Shown here: positions 62,516 to 64,000 of the stretch, one piece after another
How the letters are laid out: each line of letters starts with the position of its first letter
Numbering within the stretch: the stretch's first letter is position 1
From: Candidatus Spongiisociaceae bacterium
GTDB taxonomy: Bacteria > Actinomycetota > Acidimicrobiia > Spongiisociales > Spongiisociaceae
Length of the DNA: 64,000 nt
Assembly (NCBI GenBank): GCA_965219685.1
Contig: CBDCOH010000002.1
Span: 3,557,064-3,621,063, forward strand
Reading direction: 5' to 3'
Position numbers and translations under genes: made by a program
Notes under the pieces: model-generated
Told to the model about the DNA's origin: nothing
What the model saw: the letters and a program-made list of their open reading frames with translations, nothing else
Database searches by the model: none

Positions 62516-63535
62516 ATGAGGAACCTGGGTGTCTTCATAGCGAGACGATTGCTGATCGTCATCCCGATGCTGTTCATCGTCAGCATCCTCACCTTCGTGA
62601 TCCTGCGGGTGATCCCGGCCGATCCCGTGGCTCTGATCGTCGGCATAAACCGCACTCCCGAGCGGGTCGAGTTCGTCACCCGCCAGTTGGGTCTGGACAA
62701 GCCGATGCCGGAGCAGTTCGTGATCTGGATGGGCGATGTCCTGCGGGGCGACCTGGGGACCGCCTGGCACACCGGCCAAGCGGTCACCACCGATCTCGCC
62801 GACCGCATACCCGCATCGGTCGAACTTGCCTTCCTGGCTCTGCTCATCGCGGTGCCGGGCGGCCTCGCCACCGGGGTCATAGCGGCCCGGTACCGGGACC
62901 GCTTCGCCGACTTCGGGCTGCGTTTCTCGTCGCTGCTGGCCATCGCCACACCGGAGTTCCTGTTCGGGATCTTCGCCATCTGGCTGTTCTTCGCCGTGCT
63001 GAACTGGGCGCCCGCCCCCCTGGGGAGGATCGAGTTCGGGATCTCGGCGCCCGAGGCCATCACCGGGCTATACATCGTCGACAGCATCCTGACCCGCAAT
63101 ACCGAGGCGCTGGTCTCCTCGCTCCGCTCGATCGCGTTACCCGCCATCAGTCTGGGGGTCATCCTCTCGGGAGGCTTCCAACGGTTCACCAGGGCGACGA
63201 TGGTCGAATCCCTGAGTTCGGATGCGGTGCTCTCGGCGCGAGGTCACGGCTTGCCCAACCGGCTCGTGTTCTACAAGTACGCGCTGAAGCAAGCCCTGTT
63301 GGTGGTCGTACCGGTTTTCGGCATCGTGGTGGCTTACGCCATCGGTGGCCTCGTGGCGATCGAGAGGATCTTCTCGTGGCCGGGGGTGGGCCGCTACGCC
63401 CTGGAGGCGGCCGGCAAGGCGGATCTGAATGCCGTCCAGGGTTTCGTGCTCTTCTCGGTGGTGCTCTACGTCGCCCTGAACCTCCTCGTGGACATAGTCC
63501 AGGCGATCATCGATCCGAGGATCGAGTACCGATGA
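62516..63535 (+). CDS. Peptide ABC transporter permease (DppB/OppB-like)
   Basis: The N-terminus is family-typical: FIARRLLIVIPMLFIVSILTFVILRVIPADPV. The C-terminus is ..VDIVQAIIDPRIEYR. Confidence 0.85.
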   Translation: MRNLGVFIARRLLIVIPMLFIVSILTFVILRVIPADPVALIVGINRTPERVEFVTRQLGLDKPMPEQFVIWMGDVLRGDLGTAWHTGQAVTTDLADRIPASVELAFLALLIAVPGGLATGVIAARYRDRFADFGLRFSSLLAIATPEFLFGIFAIWLFFAVLNWAPAPLGRIEFGISAPEAITGLYIVDSILTRNTEALVSSLRSIALPAISLGVILSGGFQRFTRATMVESLSSDAVLSARGHGLPNRLVFYKYALKQALLVVVPVFGIVVAYAIGGLVAIERIFSWPGVGRYALEAAGKADLNAVQGFVLFSVVLYVALNLLVDIVQAIIDPRIEYR

Positions 63536-64000
63536 CAGCCGTCGGCGCGACCCGGGAGAGGACCGGTCTGACCGTTCGCCTCAAACGGATCTGGCGGTAC
63601 CCGTCGCTGGTCGTCGGGCTCGTCATGTTCTCCCCGATCCTGCTGGGTTCGATCATCGTGCCCTTCATCAGTCCCCACGGTCCGACCGAGTCGGTGGCGG
63701 GCCGCCAATTGCTCCCGCCCAGTTCCGAACATCTCTTCGGCACCGACCTGTTCGGCATGGACATCATGACCCGCATCTTCGCCGGCGGGCGCTACGACCT
63801 GGGCGTGGCCATGGTTGCCGCGGCGATCGGCATGAGCGTGGGGGTGATCATCGGGGGCTTCTCCGGATACATCGGAGGGCGCTTCGACGAGTTGGTCAGC
63901 CGGGTGATCGAAGCCCTCCAGTCGTTCCCCCCCTTCATCATCGCCCTGGCGGTCGTGTCGGTGCTGGGCAATTCGCTAGCGGTCCTGACCGGTGTCATCG
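63532..64000 (+). CDS. Peptide ABC transporter permease (DppC/OppC-like), 3' end beyond the window
   Basis: ATGA overlap with the upstream stop. The sequence reads ..SSEHLFGTDLFGMDIMTRIFAGGRYDLGVAMVAAAIGMSVGVIIGGFSGY... It is not in the ORF track because no stop falls within the window. Confidence 0.8.
   Translation, partial: MTAVGATRERTGLTVRLKRIWRYPSLVVGLVMFSPILLGSIIVPFISPHGPTESVAGRQLLPPSSEHLFGTDLFGMDIMTRIFAGGRYDLGVAMVAAAIGMSVGVIIGGFSGYIGGRFDELVSRVIEALQSFPPFIIALAVVSVLGNSLAVLTGVI

Overview
High-GC (roughly 65-68%) bacterial window, most consistent with an actinobacterial or Acidimicrobiia-like genome, though taxonomy cannot be proven here. Long shadow ORFs occur on both strands and were discounted. 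The left two thirds (about 250-35600) is an accessory cell-envelope island. It holds six paralogous 700-780 aa secreted proteins (signal peptide, three SLH-like modules, Ig-like domains). Two of them are followed by decayed duplicate 3' ends that bracket small inserted cassettes: a proteasome/HslV-like Ntn-hydrolase candidate with a coupled 60-aa ORF, and a degenerate tyrosine-recombinase-like gene. The island also carries two coiled-coil proteins built from near-perfect 42-bp and 63-bp tandem repeats, and two plant-type LRR surface proteins, one fused to a metzincin protease. The strongest observation is three consecutive thioredoxin-fold (TlpA/redoxin-like) genes. Each has an in-frame TGA exactly at the first Cys of the CxxC motif (UxxC), followed 29 nt downstream by an identical 15-nt hairpin. 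These are candidate exported selenoproteins. A second pervasive signal is a set of heptanucleotide tandem arrays (GGTGAGT, GGTGAAT, GGCTGGT, GGCTTGT). They abut gene 3' ends with the G-rich strand on the sense strand, or sit C-rich in 5' leaders. The right third (35700-64000) is ordinary metabolism and transport: Nnr, a RES-Xre toxin-antitoxin pair, ABM and LLM oxidoreductases, amidohydrolases, a sugar ABC operon, DapA-family and aldehyde dehydrogenase genes, and a peptide ABC operon. An ISL3 transposase remnant is also present. No rRNA, tRNA or CRISPR array was recognised.
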